From IMG/VR virus record IMGVR_UViG_3300023174_000146: a DNA stretch of 64,000 nucleotides; one strand, given 5' to 3'. This DNA is from an uncultured virus (IMG/VR IMGVR_UViG_3300023174_000146) (taxonomy: Duplodnaviria; Heunggongvirae; Uroviricota; Caudoviricetes). Of this stretch, positions 17,426 through 27,655 are shown piece after piece. The notes under the pieces were generated by a model. That model saw only the letters and a list, made by a program, of their open reading frames with translations. It did not search any database and was not told the DNA's origin. Both the position numbers and the translations under genes were made by a program. How positions within the stretch are numbered: the stretch's first letter is position 1; every line of letters starts with the position of its first letter.

Positions 17426-17910
17426 TCATCAGAATCTTCTTCGAATTCTCCCATCAGCTCCTTCTGGGCGGCTGCAGCACATGGGTTACACATTGTCCTC
17501 ACCCAACCCTTCTTTGTCTGCCTGCCTGGTGCACCACACGTCTCACAGGTCTTGAGGGAGATTGATTCAGCGAATGAGACAAGACCACGGATGAACTCGT
17601 CGCCACCCGCGTAGTAGAATCTTAGTCCACCCCACTTTTCTTTTACCTGCGTCGCCTCCACCTGTGGGACATGCGCCCATGTGCCGTCTGGTTTAGGCGA
17701 CTTGTGCTTTCTCATCGACTCGTACTTGCCATCGCAGTTCTCGTAGTCGATGTGGTGCTGAATGCTTCCGCACAGAGTTTCGAGTATGTTGTACCACCCA
17801 TCGTCGTGACAGATGCCCCAGCACATGCACGTCTCAGACATGGGCATGTCCTTCTGGGCGAAAATCTTTGGATACTTCTCGTACAGCTTCTTCTGCAGCG
17901 CTTCCTTCAT
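17422..17910 (-). CDS. Conserved phage protein (QVKEKxGGLRFY type) with C-terminal Zn finger
   Basis: QVKEKWGGLRFYY; CETCG...MCNPC. Confidence 0.75.
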   Translation of the reverse strand: MKEALQKKLYEKYPKIFAQKDMPMSETCMCWGICHDDGWYNILETLCGSIQHHIDYENCDGKYESMRKHKSPKPDGTWAHVPQVEATQVKEKWGGLRFYYAGGDEFIRGLVSFAESISLKTCETCGAPGRQTKKGWVRTMCNPCAAAAQKELMGEFEEDSDE

Positions 17911-17930
17911 AGTAGTACCTCTCAGTTAAG

Positions 17931-17959
17931 ACTATACCACACTTGGGGATGCTTTACAC
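17931..17959 (-). promoter_or_regulatory. Class I promoter GTGTAA-N17-TATAGT
   Basis: Recurring motif. Confidence 0.75.
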
Positions 17960-18715
17960 ATCCTCGTCATCAATACTACAGTAAGAATCTGGATGTGTGC
18001 ACATGCGCTCCTCACCCTCGAGGCGAGATGGGACTGTCCAGAAATCATTGAGGGTCTCACCACACTCAGACAAAATCCATCCCTCAGAGAGCAGCTGTCG
18101 ACGTCTAAAGCCCCTCGCACCCCAGTGGTGTGGTGGAAGTGTGCAAGGAGGTGTGAGATCACTGGCCAACATCTCACCCACAAAATTATACACAGCGATC
18201 CAATCATCCCTTCTCGCGTACCAGCTAAATGGCACAGTCTCACTCCAGCCTTGTGGCTCTGTGAACCTCGCATTGAGGTGAGCCACCCATCGGTGTCCAT
18301 CTGACCTTTCGAGGTTGAAGCTGAGCGGCGAGTAAGCACGCATCATTCCCATTGTGAGCTCACCAGTGCTCGATCTATTCCTGAGTGTGTGGTAGATCAT
18401 GAGACAATCGTTGGTCCTCACTTGAAATCCCGACTCACTCACACAAATCCGTGCCAATGCAAGTTGAAGGTCCTGACGCACAGGATGCGCCTCATCTTCA
18501 TCAGTGGGATTATCACACATCAGGAACTCTGGCGCGATGTCATAAAGAACTTCCTCCACCGTCTTGTCTTCATCCTCGTTCAAGCTGTTCTTGATAACCT
18601 CACGAGGTGAGCACGCGTCGCACCACAGAACTAAAAGTGCAGCGACATACGGATAGAGGTTTAATAATTTTCCTTCTCGCATAAGTTTCTCTTGTTGTTG
18701 TGCGTCAAGACACAT
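17954..18715 (-). CDS. Hypothetical exported protein
   Basis: Hydrophobic N-terminal segment; LALARICVSES. Confidence 0.6.
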   Translation of the reverse strand: MCLDAQQQEKLMREGKLLNLYPYVAALLVLWCDACSPREVIKNSLNEDEDKTVEEVLYDIAPEFLMCDNPTDEDEAHPVRQDLQLALARICVSESGFQVRTNDCLMIYHTLRNRSSTGELTMGMMRAYSPLSFNLERSDGHRWVAHLNARFTEPQGWSETVPFSWYARRDDWIAVYNFVGEMLASDLTPPCTLPPHHWGARGFRRRQLLSEGWILSECGETLNDFWTVPSRLEGEERMCTHPDSYCSIDDEDV

Positions 18716-19472
18716 CAGTTGTCTTCAACAGCACGTCACACGCATCCCATGGCATTTTTATTAGGTCTCCATTGTATAGGACTGTGAGACTAATAGGTAT
18801 GCACCCGGACCTGTTTAAGTCGATCAGGGTTCCCACAGCGGAAAGATTCGGCATTTTAAAAAGATCGCCTGGTCTCCACGTGTTGCCAGAGATATCAAAG
18901 ATGCATTCAGCGTGTCTACCTCTATCTCTTCTCGTGAGAAGGCGAGCTGAGACTTCTACGATGTCAGAAAAGACGGGAGTCATGGGTGACTTGCTATCAA
19001 CGTGAGCATCAAGAAACTCATTGTCAAAGTAGACATAGTCATAGGATGTGCCCCTAAACATGCTGTCCCTGTTCAAACCAAACACAGTGAGGTGTGTGAT
19101 TGTCACCCTGACACCACCCTTTTTTGATGTGAGGAATAAACCCTTTCCACTCAAGCGCTGCGGCTCAAATCTCATACTCAGCTGATCGACCCAGTCTACG
19201 AGCAGATCAAAGAATTTCTCAGACATCATCTTACTTTGAAAGAAGATGATGCACGTCTCATTCTTGTATGCGTGATCAAGAACTCGAAGTGCCAGTCTAT
19301 ACGTGCGGCCTGTCTGCCTAAAGAAGCTGCACTCATCGAGGCCTGATTGCACATTCTGATGGATTCTCCATCTCGCAAACTCGATGGGATCCCTCATTCC
19401 CACAGAGAGGAATGATGGGCTCTCAAGCTGAATATCTTGCCAGCGTTTTGTGGGTAGATCGTAGTCAGTCAT
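18705..19472 (-). CDS. Degenerate terminase-like P-loop domain fused to a KOW-like domain
   Basis: RQTGRT (Walker A-like), RGTSYDYVYFDN (Walker B-like), WRPGDLF. Confidence 0.45.
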   Translation of the reverse strand: MTDYDLPTKRWQDIQLESPSFLSVGMRDPIEFARWRIHQNVQSGLDECSFFRQTGRTYRLALRVLDHAYKNETCIIFFQSKMMSEKFFDLLVDWVDQLSMRFEPQRLSGKGLFLTSKKGGVRVTITHLTVFGLNRDSMFRGTSYDYVYFDNEFLDAHVDSKSPMTPVFSDIVEVSARLLTRRDRGRHAECIFDISGNTWRPGDLFKMPNLSAVGTLIDLNRSGCIPISLTVLYNGDLIKMPWDACDVLLKTTDVS

Positions 19473-19677
19473 CTGACGAAATGTGATCAGCACTACGTGA
19501 AACAAGAATCACGTATGAGGCAGGGTCTGCTGTTGTTGAGCCACTCGACCACAGAATGTGAATTCGATCCATGTGTCTGGGAATCTTGTAGAAGTTTCTA
19601 TCGACTTCTAGAATAATACCCAAAGCACCCATCTCAGCAGGACTTTTTCTGGCCTGAACGAGATCGCCCGTCAGCAT
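19465..19677 (-). CDS. KOW-like protein
   Basis: MLTGDLVQA...GIILEV. Confidence 0.65.
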   Translation of the reverse strand: MLTGDLVQARKSPAEMGALGIILEVDRNFYKIPRHMDRIHILWSSGSTTADPASYVILVSRSADHISSDD

Positions 19678-19997
19678 TACTTATCCTTGCGTTTGTCTGC
19701 AGCAGCCTGATCCTGCTTTTTCACCTTCGCAATGAGCTTCTCAACAGCAGACTTCATCTTCGGCGTGGGAGTTGACACAGTGTCGGAAAAGAGAGCCTTC
19801 CTGAACTGACCAGTGATGTCACAGATGAAAGTGTGGTACGCCCCAATCTTCTCGTCGAGGTGAATGTCGGTGATCATACCACGACTAGTCTGCTTGTCAG
19901 GGAATCGAAGACAGTAGACCTCCTGGCCTACCTTGAACCCCTCGTGCTCCTGAACTACGTTCGGATCAACAACGACATCGAACTTCTTCTTCTGCAT
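19677..19997 (-). CDS. KOW/Tudor-like protein
   Basis: FKVGQEVYC. Confidence 0.6.
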   Translation of the reverse strand: MQKKKFDVVVDPNVVQEHEGFKVGQEVYCLRFPDKQTSRGMITDIHLDEKIGAYHTFICDITGQFRKALFSDTVSTPTPKMKSAVEKLIAKVKKQDQAAADKRKDK

Positions 19998-20390
19998 TTA
20001 TTCAGCCGCCTTTCGCGATCGCTTGATCACTCTGCCCTGCACAATTGCTAGATCAGACGCAGACTTCACATCCTCAGCAGATTGCTCTACCTGTGGTGCT
20101 ACATCGATGCGAGCCTCAATCACATCACGACGCTGAACAGCTCTGATCGGTGACACCTTTGCAGCCTTCTCAGACCTCTCCCTCTCTAGGGATGCAAGCC
20201 TGATGAGCTCTTGCCCAACAGACACCGCGAGGTCTAGAGGAACGTGAACCTTCCATGTGGGATTCTGCATGTCAGCCTTGAGAGTGCACCCAATAGATAC
20301 AACCTTTCCAGATCCGTCATCGTATGGATCATCGATTGTGGTGACAGTAATGTATGACTTTGGACGGTTGCTGTATTTGAAGCACTTCAT
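19998..20390 (-). CDS. Hypothetical protein
   Basis: Tiled ORF. Confidence 0.6.
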   Translation of the reverse strand: MKCFKYSNRPKSYITVTTIDDPYDDGSGKVVSIGCTLKADMQNPTWKVHVPLDLAVSVGQELIRLASLERERSEKAAKVSPIRAVQRRDVIEARIDVAPQVEQSAEDVKSASDLAIVQGRVIKRSRKAAE

Positions 20391-20394
20391 GTGA

Positions 20395-20661
20395 TCAGGC
20401 TTGCTGGTTGATTAGATTTGGATTTGCCTTAACTGCAGCATTAAAGCAGTCAGGACAGAGAATGTGTGTGCCTTCGGGACCAACACTCACACGCCAGGAG
20501 TCTAATGCACCCTCTTGTGCAGGATCAAACTGCTGTTTGCATGCACTGCACTGCTTCGGCATTGTGCTAATGTGACGTGCAGCGTTCTTAAGCGACTTTC
20601 TCAGTTCTTTGCGCTTCTTGAGATCAGATGCTCTATCAATCTTCTTTAGTGATGTTCCCAT
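20395..20661 (-). CDS. Zn-ribbon-like protein
   Basis: CSAC...CPDC; GAGGAGG SD. Confidence 0.65.
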   Translation of the reverse strand: MGTSLKKIDRASDLKKRKELRKSLKNAARHISTMPKQCSACKQQFDPAQEGALDSWRVSVGPEGTHILCPDCFNAAVKANPNLINQQA

Positions 20662-20675
20662 TGTTTCCTCCTCAT

Positions 20676-20704
20676 ACTATACAACATTCAGCAAAAATTT
20701 ACAC
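20676..20704 (-). promoter_or_regulatory. Class I promoter GTGTAA-N17-TATAGT
   Basis: Recurring motif. Confidence 0.75.
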
Positions 20705-20849
20705 GACTTTATTCGCAGAATAATGCAGGATGATTGAAATTTAACCGCTGATTGTTTAATCATGAAATTTAAGAAAGTGTCACGGTGATCATCTGTGTGT
20801 CTTCGGCAGTGGGTTTTAGATTAAGACGCTAGTGTTGGGTCGCAACGGG

Positions 20850-20856
20850 ATATTTA
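20850..20856 (+). promoter_or_regulatory. Class II promoter motif ATATTTA
   Basis: Oriented with the plus-strand gene at 20891. Confidence 0.55.
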
Positions 20857-20890
20857 TAGACAACAGTGCGAGATTGGGAGAAATGAGAAA

Positions 20891-21640
20891 ATGTCGCTTA
20901 ATCACGGGCACACTTACACACGCAGAGCAGCAGAGTATATTGCTGACATATGCGTTGCTGCCTATGAAGCGCGTCTTCAAATGCCTGTCAGCGAAAGCTT
21001 CACAGTAAACATAGAGTTTGATTCAATAGACATCACAGTTTGGGACGACACATCTAGTCTCCACATAGTGTGTGATGCTGAGGGGGCTCAAATTCCAATT
21101 GAAGAAATGCAGGATGTTGAGATCGACATAGAGATAAAAGCATCATCCTCCAATTTGTCTCTTGAGGTTGACTCATACACACTTGTGGCAGATGATCCCG
21201 ATATCATGCGAAATGCAATTATAAAAGTAACATCATACATGCACACAGATTTTAGGGACATAAAATCTCTAAGGGCAGAGATTGTTGCTTCAATTGTCCA
21301 TGAGATGCGTCACGCAATACAGTTCATAATATGGAACATCGATAGCGATCCGCTGGAAGATGAAGATGCAAATCCTGAAAATCACCTAATGTCTCCAGGT
21401 GAGATTGATGCTCGAGTTGAGGAGATATGCAGCTACTCAAACACCGCGATGTGTGCATTATCAATCGGAGAATTTGAGTCACTCGCGAAGAAATATCTGT
21501 GGGGCTATATTAAGAGAAATTTTCCGTTTGATGTCGACTTAGAGACTGCAATGGCTGCACACAAGAAATCGCTCAAGCTTCACGTCGCATACTTTAAGAT
21601 ACGACGCGACTGCTATGAGTTTACAAATCCTACTGGATGA
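20891..21640 (+). CDS. Putative zincin metallopeptidase
   Basis: VHEMRHAIQ (HExxH) plus downstream EIDAR. Confidence 0.6.
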   Translation: MSLNHGHTYTRRAAEYIADICVAAYEARLQMPVSESFTVNIEFDSIDITVWDDTSSLHIVCDAEGAQIPIEEMQDVEIDIEIKASSSNLSLEVDSYTLVADDPDIMRNAIIKVTSYMHTDFRDIKSLRAEIVASIVHEMRHAIQFIIWNIDSDPLEDEDANPENHLMSPGEIDARVEEICSYSNTAMCALSIGEFESLAKKYLWGYIKRNFPFDVDLETAMAAHKKSLKLHVAYFKIRRDCYEFTNPTG

Positions 21641-22283
21641 TGTAGGTCCACACTGCGTAGAAGTGTATAATGCTTCCCAAAAGGACGCACACGTGCCAGT
21701 ACGTGTGAAAGTAACGCTTGTAGTGCCACACGTAGAATACGAGTCCTACGACAAAGCAGAGACCACTCACAAAAAAGTAGGGTCGTGATGCAATGATTTG
21801 TGCAGAATCATACAAGAAAATCACAAGAGACCAGAGAGACCCAAAGACAATGTAGGTCAGGAGTGATCCTCTCTCAGGCTGATTCGAGTTCTTGATCTTG
21901 TAGACAATGCCAGCGATGCAAGCAATCCAAAGAAGACAGAGAAGAAAAATATTCCAAGGGACGTCAACAGCATGAGCAAGAACAGGAGCGTACGCACCGG
22001 CAATTGCAGCATAAATTGCAATCTGGTCAAAGACCCTGAGGCGTGTCTTGAGGGGCGGATACTCTGCGTAGTGGTAGGCGACTGATGCCGCGTATACGAA
22101 TGAGTGTGTGATGCCATATGCTAGTCCTGTTGTCGTGTGAAACAAGTCATATGACGATCCAAGAAAGTAGAGAGCAACTGTCGCAGCAGAAAATAGGCCG
22201 AAGCCGACTGCGTGAATCAACGCACTCAGCACTTCCTCGTTCCTGTCTCTTAGATATCTATTTCCAAAAAGTCCGCGAAGCAT
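21630..22283 (-). CDS. Hemolysin III / PAQR family membrane protein
   Basis: EEVLSALIH, SVAYH, DQIAIY..IAGAY.P, FHTYWH; about 7 hydrophobic segments. Confidence 0.85.
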   Translation of the reverse strand: MLRGLFGNRYLRDRNEEVLSALIHAVGFGLFSAATVALYFLGSSYDLFHTTTGLAYGITHSFVYAASVAYHYAEYPPLKTRLRVFDQIAIYAAIAGAYAPVLAHAVDVPWNIFLLCLLWIACIAGIVYKIKNSNQPERGSLLTYIVFGSLWSLVIFLYDSAQIIASRPYFFVSGLCFVVGLVFYVWHYKRYFHTYWHVCVLLGSIIHFYAVWTYIIQ

Positions 22284-22335
22284 CGCTCACCTAAAATATG
22301 GGGCATCAGAACAGATTCCCTGTAAATTTCTTGTA

Positions 22336-23061
22336 TCAGGTTGAAGACAAACCGTTGACTTCCCGATAAGCTCTCACAGTAACAGGCCACAGATCCTCAG
22401 CAATCTTTAGACATGCTTGAGCCACCACCTGAATCTCCTGCTGTGCTCCGTCGTGTGTCCTTAAATCTACGAACTTCAGCAAGTTTGAGAGATCCACAGT
22501 GCCATAGTACTCAGTGTATAGTGACATGGGTAGAACACCTCGAGCTTGCTCTCGACACACACCCACGTCAATCAGCTCATTGTAGAGTTGTACTGAAGAC
22601 CTATTGTGCTCAACGTATGCAGCACGGGCATCAACGGAAGAGTGCCCGTGCGAGATCTGAGGGTTAATTAGGTGATCAGCGTTTGATGCCTGACGATTTG
22701 ATTCGTGCTGCGTTCGAAACTCATTGGGCTCATAGAACCTGATGTTCTCCTCAGTGTATCTTCTCGATACCTCATTGAAAGACCAGGTCCTGTGTCTGTG
22801 GTGTTGTGACCTGATGAAGAGTGGCACAGTGAATCTAAACGTCACATTGTTGTGCTCCAACGTCGATGTGTGTCTGTGCTTGATCAGGTACTTGATGAGC
22901 TTCTCGTCACGCTCATCAAGCTCATCTTTGCTTTTTCCGAATGACACCCTCGCGCTGTTGACAACAGTTAGGTCTGTGCCCATGTGCTGGACATACTCAA
23001 CAGCGCCAATATTGTCACCGACATCCTTGTACAGCTCAATTCGATTCTGATAAGTCATCAC
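22336..23061 (-). CDS. thyX: FAD-dependent thymidylate synthase
   Basis: [26 protein letters not shown]. Confidence 0.95.
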   Translation of the reverse strand: MMTYQNRIELYKDVGDNIGAVEYVQHMGTDLTVVNSARVSFGKSKDELDERDEKLIKYLIKHRHTSTLEHNNVTFRFTVPLFIRSQHHRHRTWSFNEVSRRYTEENIRFYEPNEFRTQHESNRQASNADHLINPQISHGHSSVDARAAYVEHNRSSVQLYNELIDVGVCREQARGVLPMSLYTEYYGTVDLSNLLKFVDLRTHDGAQQEIQVVAQACLKIAEDLWPVTVRAYREVNGLSST

Positions 23062-23624
23062 TTGCCCGTTGATCCAAAGCCACCGGCGCCGCGGTCTGTG
23101 CTATCAAGACGGTCAGTTACAATAAGCGTCGCGTGGTTGACTGGACAGAACACTAGCTGCGCGATGCGATCTCCTCGTCGAATAATAAACTCCTGATCTC
23201 CGTGATTAATGAGGATAACCTTCACCTCACCCCTGTAGTCAGAGTCAATAGTACCTGGTGCATTTAGCACAGTCACACCGTACTTAAATGCGAGTCCCGA
23301 TCGGGGTCGAACCTGTGCTTCATAACCATCAGGAATTCCCAATCCGATGCCTGTCTGAACTAAGGCAGTCTTTCCAGGAGAGATTGTTAGATCGACAACA
23401 GAGTGAATGTCCATTCCTGCGGCGCCCTTCGTCTGATAAGTGGGCTGAATTGCGTGCTCGTGCATTTGCACAATCTTCACATACACCTCAGAATCTGCTG
23501 CCTGAAGTGACTTATTAAAAGGCTTCCACCAATTTGGATCGTCAGTCTTATAGTCACTATTATAAACAGAGATCTCTTCGCTCATTTTATCCTCCGGAAT
23601 TCTTGCTTCTATTATATCCAGCAC
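23058..23624 (-). CDS. dut: dUTP diphosphatase
   Basis: [38 protein letters not shown]. Confidence 0.95.
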   Translation of the reverse strand: MLDIIEARIPEDKMSEEISVYNSDYKTDDPNWWKPFNKSLQAADSEVYVKIVQMHEHAIQPTYQTKGAAGMDIHSVVDLTISPGKTALVQTGIGLGIPDGYEAQVRPRSGLAFKYGVTVLNAPGTIDSDYRGEVKVILINHGDQEFIIRRGDRIAQLVFCPVNHATLIVTDRLDSTDRGAGGFGSTGK

Positions 23625-23642
23625 TTCCTCAAAGTACCATCA

Positions 23643-23972
23643 TTATCGATTGCTTGATGACTTAGAGGCTTTCGATAGAAATGCCGCATACTGATCACTC
23701 ACATGATCATCATTTTCTGGATACGGATTACATCCATCGTGTACAAAAAAGTCTGCCTCTCCAGAGAGATGCATGAAGAGATGCGGCTCGGCTGATGCAT
23801 CGATTGAACTTGCTGCCTCAACCATTACGCAGCGAAGATGCCTTACTTCTCGAATAAGTCTGTTACATCCTGTGAACAGCTCATCGCGTTCCTGCTTAAG
23901 TCTCTCGAGCTCACGTGTGAGACGAAGGTAGTCTTTCTCAGTGCAAGTTTCAACTAGAATGTCTAGATCCAT
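23643..23972 (-). CDS. Hypothetical coiled-coil protein
   Basis: Tiled ORF with GAGG SD. Confidence 0.6.
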   Translation of the reverse strand: MDLDILVETCTEKDYLRLTRELERLKQERDELFTGCNRLIREVRHLRCVMVEAASSIDASAEPHLFMHLSGEADFFVHDGCNPYPENDDHVSDQYAAFLSKASKSSSNR

Positions 23973-23983
23973 GTTGCAGCCTC

Positions 23984-24904
23984 TCAGATATGATTGAAGT
24001 CCTTGTTGTACTTGAACAACGCACGCTCCTTCGCCTTTGCCTCTAGGACAACGTCGACGCCCTGCGCAAAACTAGGAAACGGCTTGAAGTAAAAGTCGCT
24101 GTGAGCGTTTTCTGCAACGGTGCTGTCCTCGAACAGCTTCTTGGAGTTGGAGTGGTGGCACACAGGACGAATTCCCTTGGGCCAGGATGCTGCTGCCATC
24201 TCAAACGCTTCCTGAGGAGAGGCATCCTGGGGACCCAACTCATCGTGGTGAGAGTCCCACACAATAGGAACTGAAACACGCTTGAAGATGCCCTCATAGA
24301 GCATCTTAGCAGAGTACAGGCTCTTCTTATCGTCGTTTTCAACTGTGAGACGTGACCTGACAGACTCGGACAGACCCTCGAAGTTCTTACACCAACGCTC
24401 CATGCCCGTCGTGGGATCACCGTAAGATGCACCCACGTGAATGTTGATCTTAGACCAATGGTCACGAGGCATCCCCATCAGGTCGAAGATCCTTCCGTGG
24501 TGCTCGAGATCGATATAGGAGTTATCCACGACCTTCTGCTTCGGTGAGGTGAGAATGTTGAAGGGACCTGGGTGGAAAGACAAGCGCTGGCCTGCATCCA
24601 GTGCGATCTTTCCAGCCTGTGCTAGTGCCTTACTAATGCGATCGAAGTCAGGAAGCTGCTCGAGCTGGTACTCGCTCGCCCAGGGGAATAGGCAAGAGGT
24701 GATGCGAAACACCTTGATGCCCTTCTCGTTGTTCCACTTGAGCACCTTGATGAGGTCGAGAACATTGTCGAGCGCGAGCTTGGATGCACCCTTCACGCCC
24801 TGCTTGTCGAACGTCTTCCTGATCATTCCGCGGCTGCAGTGAACCTTCTCCTTCTTCTCCTGGAGTTCCATGTTGATGCAGGCGTATCCGAGTCGAATAG
24901 TCAT
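23984..24904 (-). CDS. uvsE: UV-damage endonuclease
   Basis: RLGYACIN, RLSFHPG, INIHVG, RLTVENDD, LEAKAKE. Confidence 0.92.
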   Translation of the reverse strand: MTIRLGYACINMELQEKKEKVHCSRGMIRKTFDKQGVKGASKLALDNVLDLIKVLKWNNEKGIKVFRITSCLFPWASEYQLEQLPDFDRISKALAQAGKIALDAGQRLSFHPGPFNILTSPKQKVVDNSYIDLEHHGRIFDLMGMPRDHWSKINIHVGASYGDPTTGMERWCKNFEGLSESVRSRLTVENDDKKSLYSAKMLYEGIFKRVSVPIVWDSHHDELGPQDASPQEAFEMAAASWPKGIRPVCHHSNSKKLFEDSTVAENAHSDFYFKPFPSFAQGVDVVLEAKAKERALFKYNKDFNHI

Positions 24905-24959
24905 ATCACGCTCTGGGTGTGTTGTGTGTAAGTGTAGGGTCGTTTACAGCGTCTGTACC

Positions 24960-24988
24960 AGTATATCAAAATGGCTTCCTAATTGCAC
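24960..24988 (-). promoter_or_regulatory. Class I promoter GTGCAA-N17-TATACT
   Basis: Recurring motif upstream of uvsE. Confidence 0.75.
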
Positions 24989-25005
24989 TACATGAGAAAA
25001 ATTAC

Positions 25006-25012
25006 ATACTTA
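25006..25012 (+). promoter_or_regulatory. Class II promoter motif ATACTTA, 6 nt before ATG
   Basis: Recurring motif. Confidence 0.55.
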
Positions 25013-25018
25013 GCATGC

Positions 25019-25888
25019 ATGACAGAAACAGAAAAATTCCCTCTTAAAAGAGTGAGAGATGAAGACGGACTAATTGTAATTTCTGTTGATAATGCACCTA
25101 CTGCAAACACGTATGACTTTATACACACACTATTCAAAAATAATTGGGACTATGAAATAATAGGTGTCGGAAGACCCTGGGAAGGATTTAAGAGTAAAAT
25201 TCAGTACTTTCACGAGTATTTAAGAACTCTAAATCCTGAACGACTTGTAATCTTATCAGATGCACGAGATGTTTTTTGTGTGAGATCTCCCAAGTACTTT
25301 GAAAAAGCATTTAATTCATTTGGAAAACCCGTTCTAGTGAGTCTAGAAATTTTCTGTCAGGGGTATCCCGACGATAGAGCTGTGTTGGATCCTAAAAAAA
25401 TTTGGCAGTGTGTTCCATTAAATCACTACTGGTCGCAGCAGACAAAAAAGTCTCCTTTCAGGAAGTACGTGAATTCAGGACTAATAGCGGGAAAAGTCAA
25501 AGACTTGATAATCTATTTTAATTGGGTTTCTGAATCTGGATGGACAGATGATCAGGCATCGCTAGGAGACTACATGAATAAATTTCCAGACAGAGTTGCT
25601 GGAGACATAGATGCAAATGTATTACACACATCTACTTTTGGTGTGACATACTCTGCATCGACCAAAAAACAGTGGGAAGACTCTCCCACAATTGCAGAGC
25701 TTTGCGGACGTCGTGGATTTTTTCTACACATTCCCGGCCTAAGCGGCTCTCCTGGACAGGCAAAGACTTATGCCTTAGTCAAAAGTTTAATTTTTGACAT
25801 GAAAGTCACAAGTGAATGGTTTACATTTAATACTTCACAAGATGCGTGGAACGATAGATACGAGTGGGACAAGGGAAACTTTGATTGA
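25019..25888 (+). CDS. PLOD-type glycosyltransferase (GT-A) domain protein
   Basis: G.G..W.GF..K, VILSDARDV, YVNSGLIAG, DDQ. Confidence 0.7.
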   Translation: MTETEKFPLKRVRDEDGLIVISVDNAPTANTYDFIHTLFKNNWDYEIIGVGRPWEGFKSKIQYFHEYLRTLNPERLVILSDARDVFCVRSPKYFEKAFNSFGKPVLVSLEIFCQGYPDDRAVLDPKKIWQCVPLNHYWSQQTKKSPFRKYVNSGLIAGKVKDLIIYFNWVSESGWTDDQASLGDYMNKFPDRVAGDIDANVLHTSTFGVTYSASTKKQWEDSPTIAELCGRRGFFLHIPGLSGSPGQAKTYALVKSLIFDMKVTSEWFTFNTSQDAWNDRYEWDKGNFD

Positions 25889-26116
25889 TCAACCAGGATT
25901 GTTTCTATAGAACTCAATGAGATCGAGAACCTTCTGAAGATCTTCGTCACTACAATTCTTATAAGACATGCCCATGTGGTGCTTCAAGCGCTCAAAAACG
26001 TGAGCGTATGAGTTCCTATCTGCGTGCCCATCAATCTGTGGCAGCTTTCCCTTCAGGTGATCGCCCGCTGCGCGGGCAGCTTCAAGCACAATCTTTCTGC
26101 TTTCAGGTGACATCAA
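25889..26116 (-). CDS. Hypothetical protein
   Basis: RNSYAH...MGMSYK motif; tiled. Confidence 0.65.
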   Translation of the reverse strand: MMSPESRKIVLEAARAAGDHLKGKLPQIDGHADRNSYAHVFERLKHHMGMSYKNCSDEDLQKVLDLIEFYRNNPG

Positions 26117-26388
26117 AACACCTTATTTGAACGGCGCTCGACCTTTTTCTTTACATTCCGATGTCGCTTCTTCTTCACATCGGGCATGGGTCGAGTCGAG
26201 ACTTGTGTCGCTAAAAGATTTCTATGACGTCGATCAGTAATGTCATAAATACTAACTGCCATCTCTCGCTCAGGATCCTGGAAAAAATCTAGAACTGTTC
26301 CTGCATGACACATGCCGTCTGAGAGAACGAACCAGACATCGTCTCCAACACTAAGCTCTCCCCACTTTTCAATCTTTTGCTCTGACAT
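26113..26388 (-). CDS. KOW-like protein with basic tail
   Basis: LSVGDDVWF. Confidence 0.6.
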   Translation of the reverse strand: MSEQKIEKWGELSVGDDVWFVLSDGMCHAGTVLDFFQDPEREMAVSIYDITDRRHRNLLATQVSTRPMPDVKKKRHRNVKKKVERRSNKVF

Positions 26389-26398
26389 TAATACCCCT

Positions 26399-26668
26399 TC
26401 AGGATTTAATATTAACTCTGCTCACTCGAATTGCCTCTGTGAGGGTTGGAGTGTAATAGCTGTTCCAATCGTCAAACTCAGGCCTGTCCGGTAGGTTGCC
26501 GTGAGACTTGAAGACATCAATGCTTGAATCTCCGGAATTCTTGTAGAAGCTGATGGCTGCTCCTTTGTGCTTCACGTCGATCCAAATCTCATAATCTTCG
26601 TTCTGCTTTTGAGGAAGATAGCCACTCTTCAAAAGTTTATTGTGTGCCCTGGAGATGTTCACTTCCAC
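26399..26668 (-). CDS. Hypothetical protein
   Basis: First gene after promoter. Confidence 0.6.
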   Translation of the reverse strand: MEVNISRAHNKLLKSGYLPQKQNEDYEIWIDVKHKGAAISFYKNSGDSSIDVFKSHGNLPDRPEFDDWNSYYTPTLTEAIRVSRVNIKS

Positions 26669-26689
26669 TCCTTTAGTGTCGCCATCAAC

Positions 26690-26718
26690 AGTATATTACA
26701 AATTAGACATCAATGCAC
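26690..26718 (-). promoter_or_regulatory. Class I promoter GTGCAT-N17-TATACT
   Basis: Recurring motif. Confidence 0.7.
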
Positions 26719-26729
26719 AATCATGTGCA

Positions 26730-27569
26730 TCAAATTCCTCTAAGGAATGTCACAATCGAGTGTCTCATCTCATCGTAAGACTCTGCACAAAATAATTTGG
26801 GCTGCATTCTAGTTGTGTCGAAGGGCGTCTCAATTATGACCCACGGATTGAACTCCTCCTTTGGTACAGAGCACATCGCAGTCATTAGCTCTCCTGCAGA
26901 GCTCAAAAGTCCTGCTCCAAAAGCCTTCATCCTGCCGGACTCCATCACTAGCCCAAACTCAATTGTGTACCAGTACAACCGCTCAATACTGATAATTTGT
27001 GCATCAGAGGCTCTCAGCGCTGCACGCCCAAATTCCCTGTTGAGGTCGCAGTAATCATCAGTAAAGAACGGAACTACATGACCAATTAGCTCATGAACGA
27101 TATCAGGCTCAGGTGTGTAGTGAGGCACCGAGTGGTGTCTTATGTACTGCGTGCAGAGCATCCTGCTGTCCGCAAGACAGCTTAAAAATTGGCGAGAGCT
27201 CACAAGGCCTTCAACAGGTGACAGCTGAAACTTGGTTCGAGACATGAGCCTGTCATTGATATCCTGGAGCTGTGGAATTCTAGACATCCACACACGCGCA
27301 ACGTCTTGTGCCTTGAGATATTCCGAGCATGCGTGTTCAGAATGAACAGGAGCGAGAGCTGCGCAAATATCACGCCACAGTGCTTGCTCCTGCTCTATGT
27401 ACTCGACACGCTGAACAGGACTCGGGTACTTGTAGATCAAAGCTTGACGAGCAATTGCATCGCGGCGAGATCGATAATCGAGATCGCTAAAGCCTGGGTG
27501 GCTTTCATCTAACAGGACCCGATGATCTATTTCGTTGTGCAACATTCGTCCCTCTTGCGTGACAGACAT
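26730..27569 (-). CDS. phhA: Phenylalanine 4-monooxygenase (aromatic amino acid hydroxylase)
   Basis: HPGFSD..YR.RR, CTQYIRH, YTPEPDIVHELIGH, LYWYTIEFGL, GAGLLSS. Confidence 0.92.
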   Translation of the reverse strand: MSVTQEGRMLHNEIDHRVLLDESHPGFSDLDYRSRRDAIARQALIYKYPSPVQRVEYIEQEQALWRDICAALAPVHSEHACSEYLKAQDVARVWMSRIPQLQDINDRLMSRTKFQLSPVEGLVSSRQFLSCLADSRMLCTQYIRHHSVPHYTPEPDIVHELIGHVVPFFTDDYCDLNREFGRAALRASDAQIISIERLYWYTIEFGLVMESGRMKAFGAGLLSSAGELMTAMCSVPKEEFNPWVIIETPFDTTRMQPKLFCAESYDEMRHSIVTFLRGI

Positions 27570-27590
27570 TACATTCGAAGATCTATTAGT

Positions 27591-27624
27591 AAAAATGGGT
27601 GAGGGGCAAATTGCCCCTCACCCA
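27591..27624 (-). terminator. Rho-independent terminator
   Basis: TGGGTGAGGGGCAA/TTGCCCCTCACCCA stem with T5 on minus strand. Confidence 0.85.
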
Positions 27625-27655
27625 CCTGAGTCAGGTCAATGACTCATTCAATGAA

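Noticed and set aside
25019..27569. Eukaryotic giant-virus origin suggested by the PLOD-like GT and animal-type hydroxylase
   Set aside because: SD sequences, coupled operons, sigma70, TilS, peptide deformylase and a peptidoglycan amidase indicate a bacteriophage.
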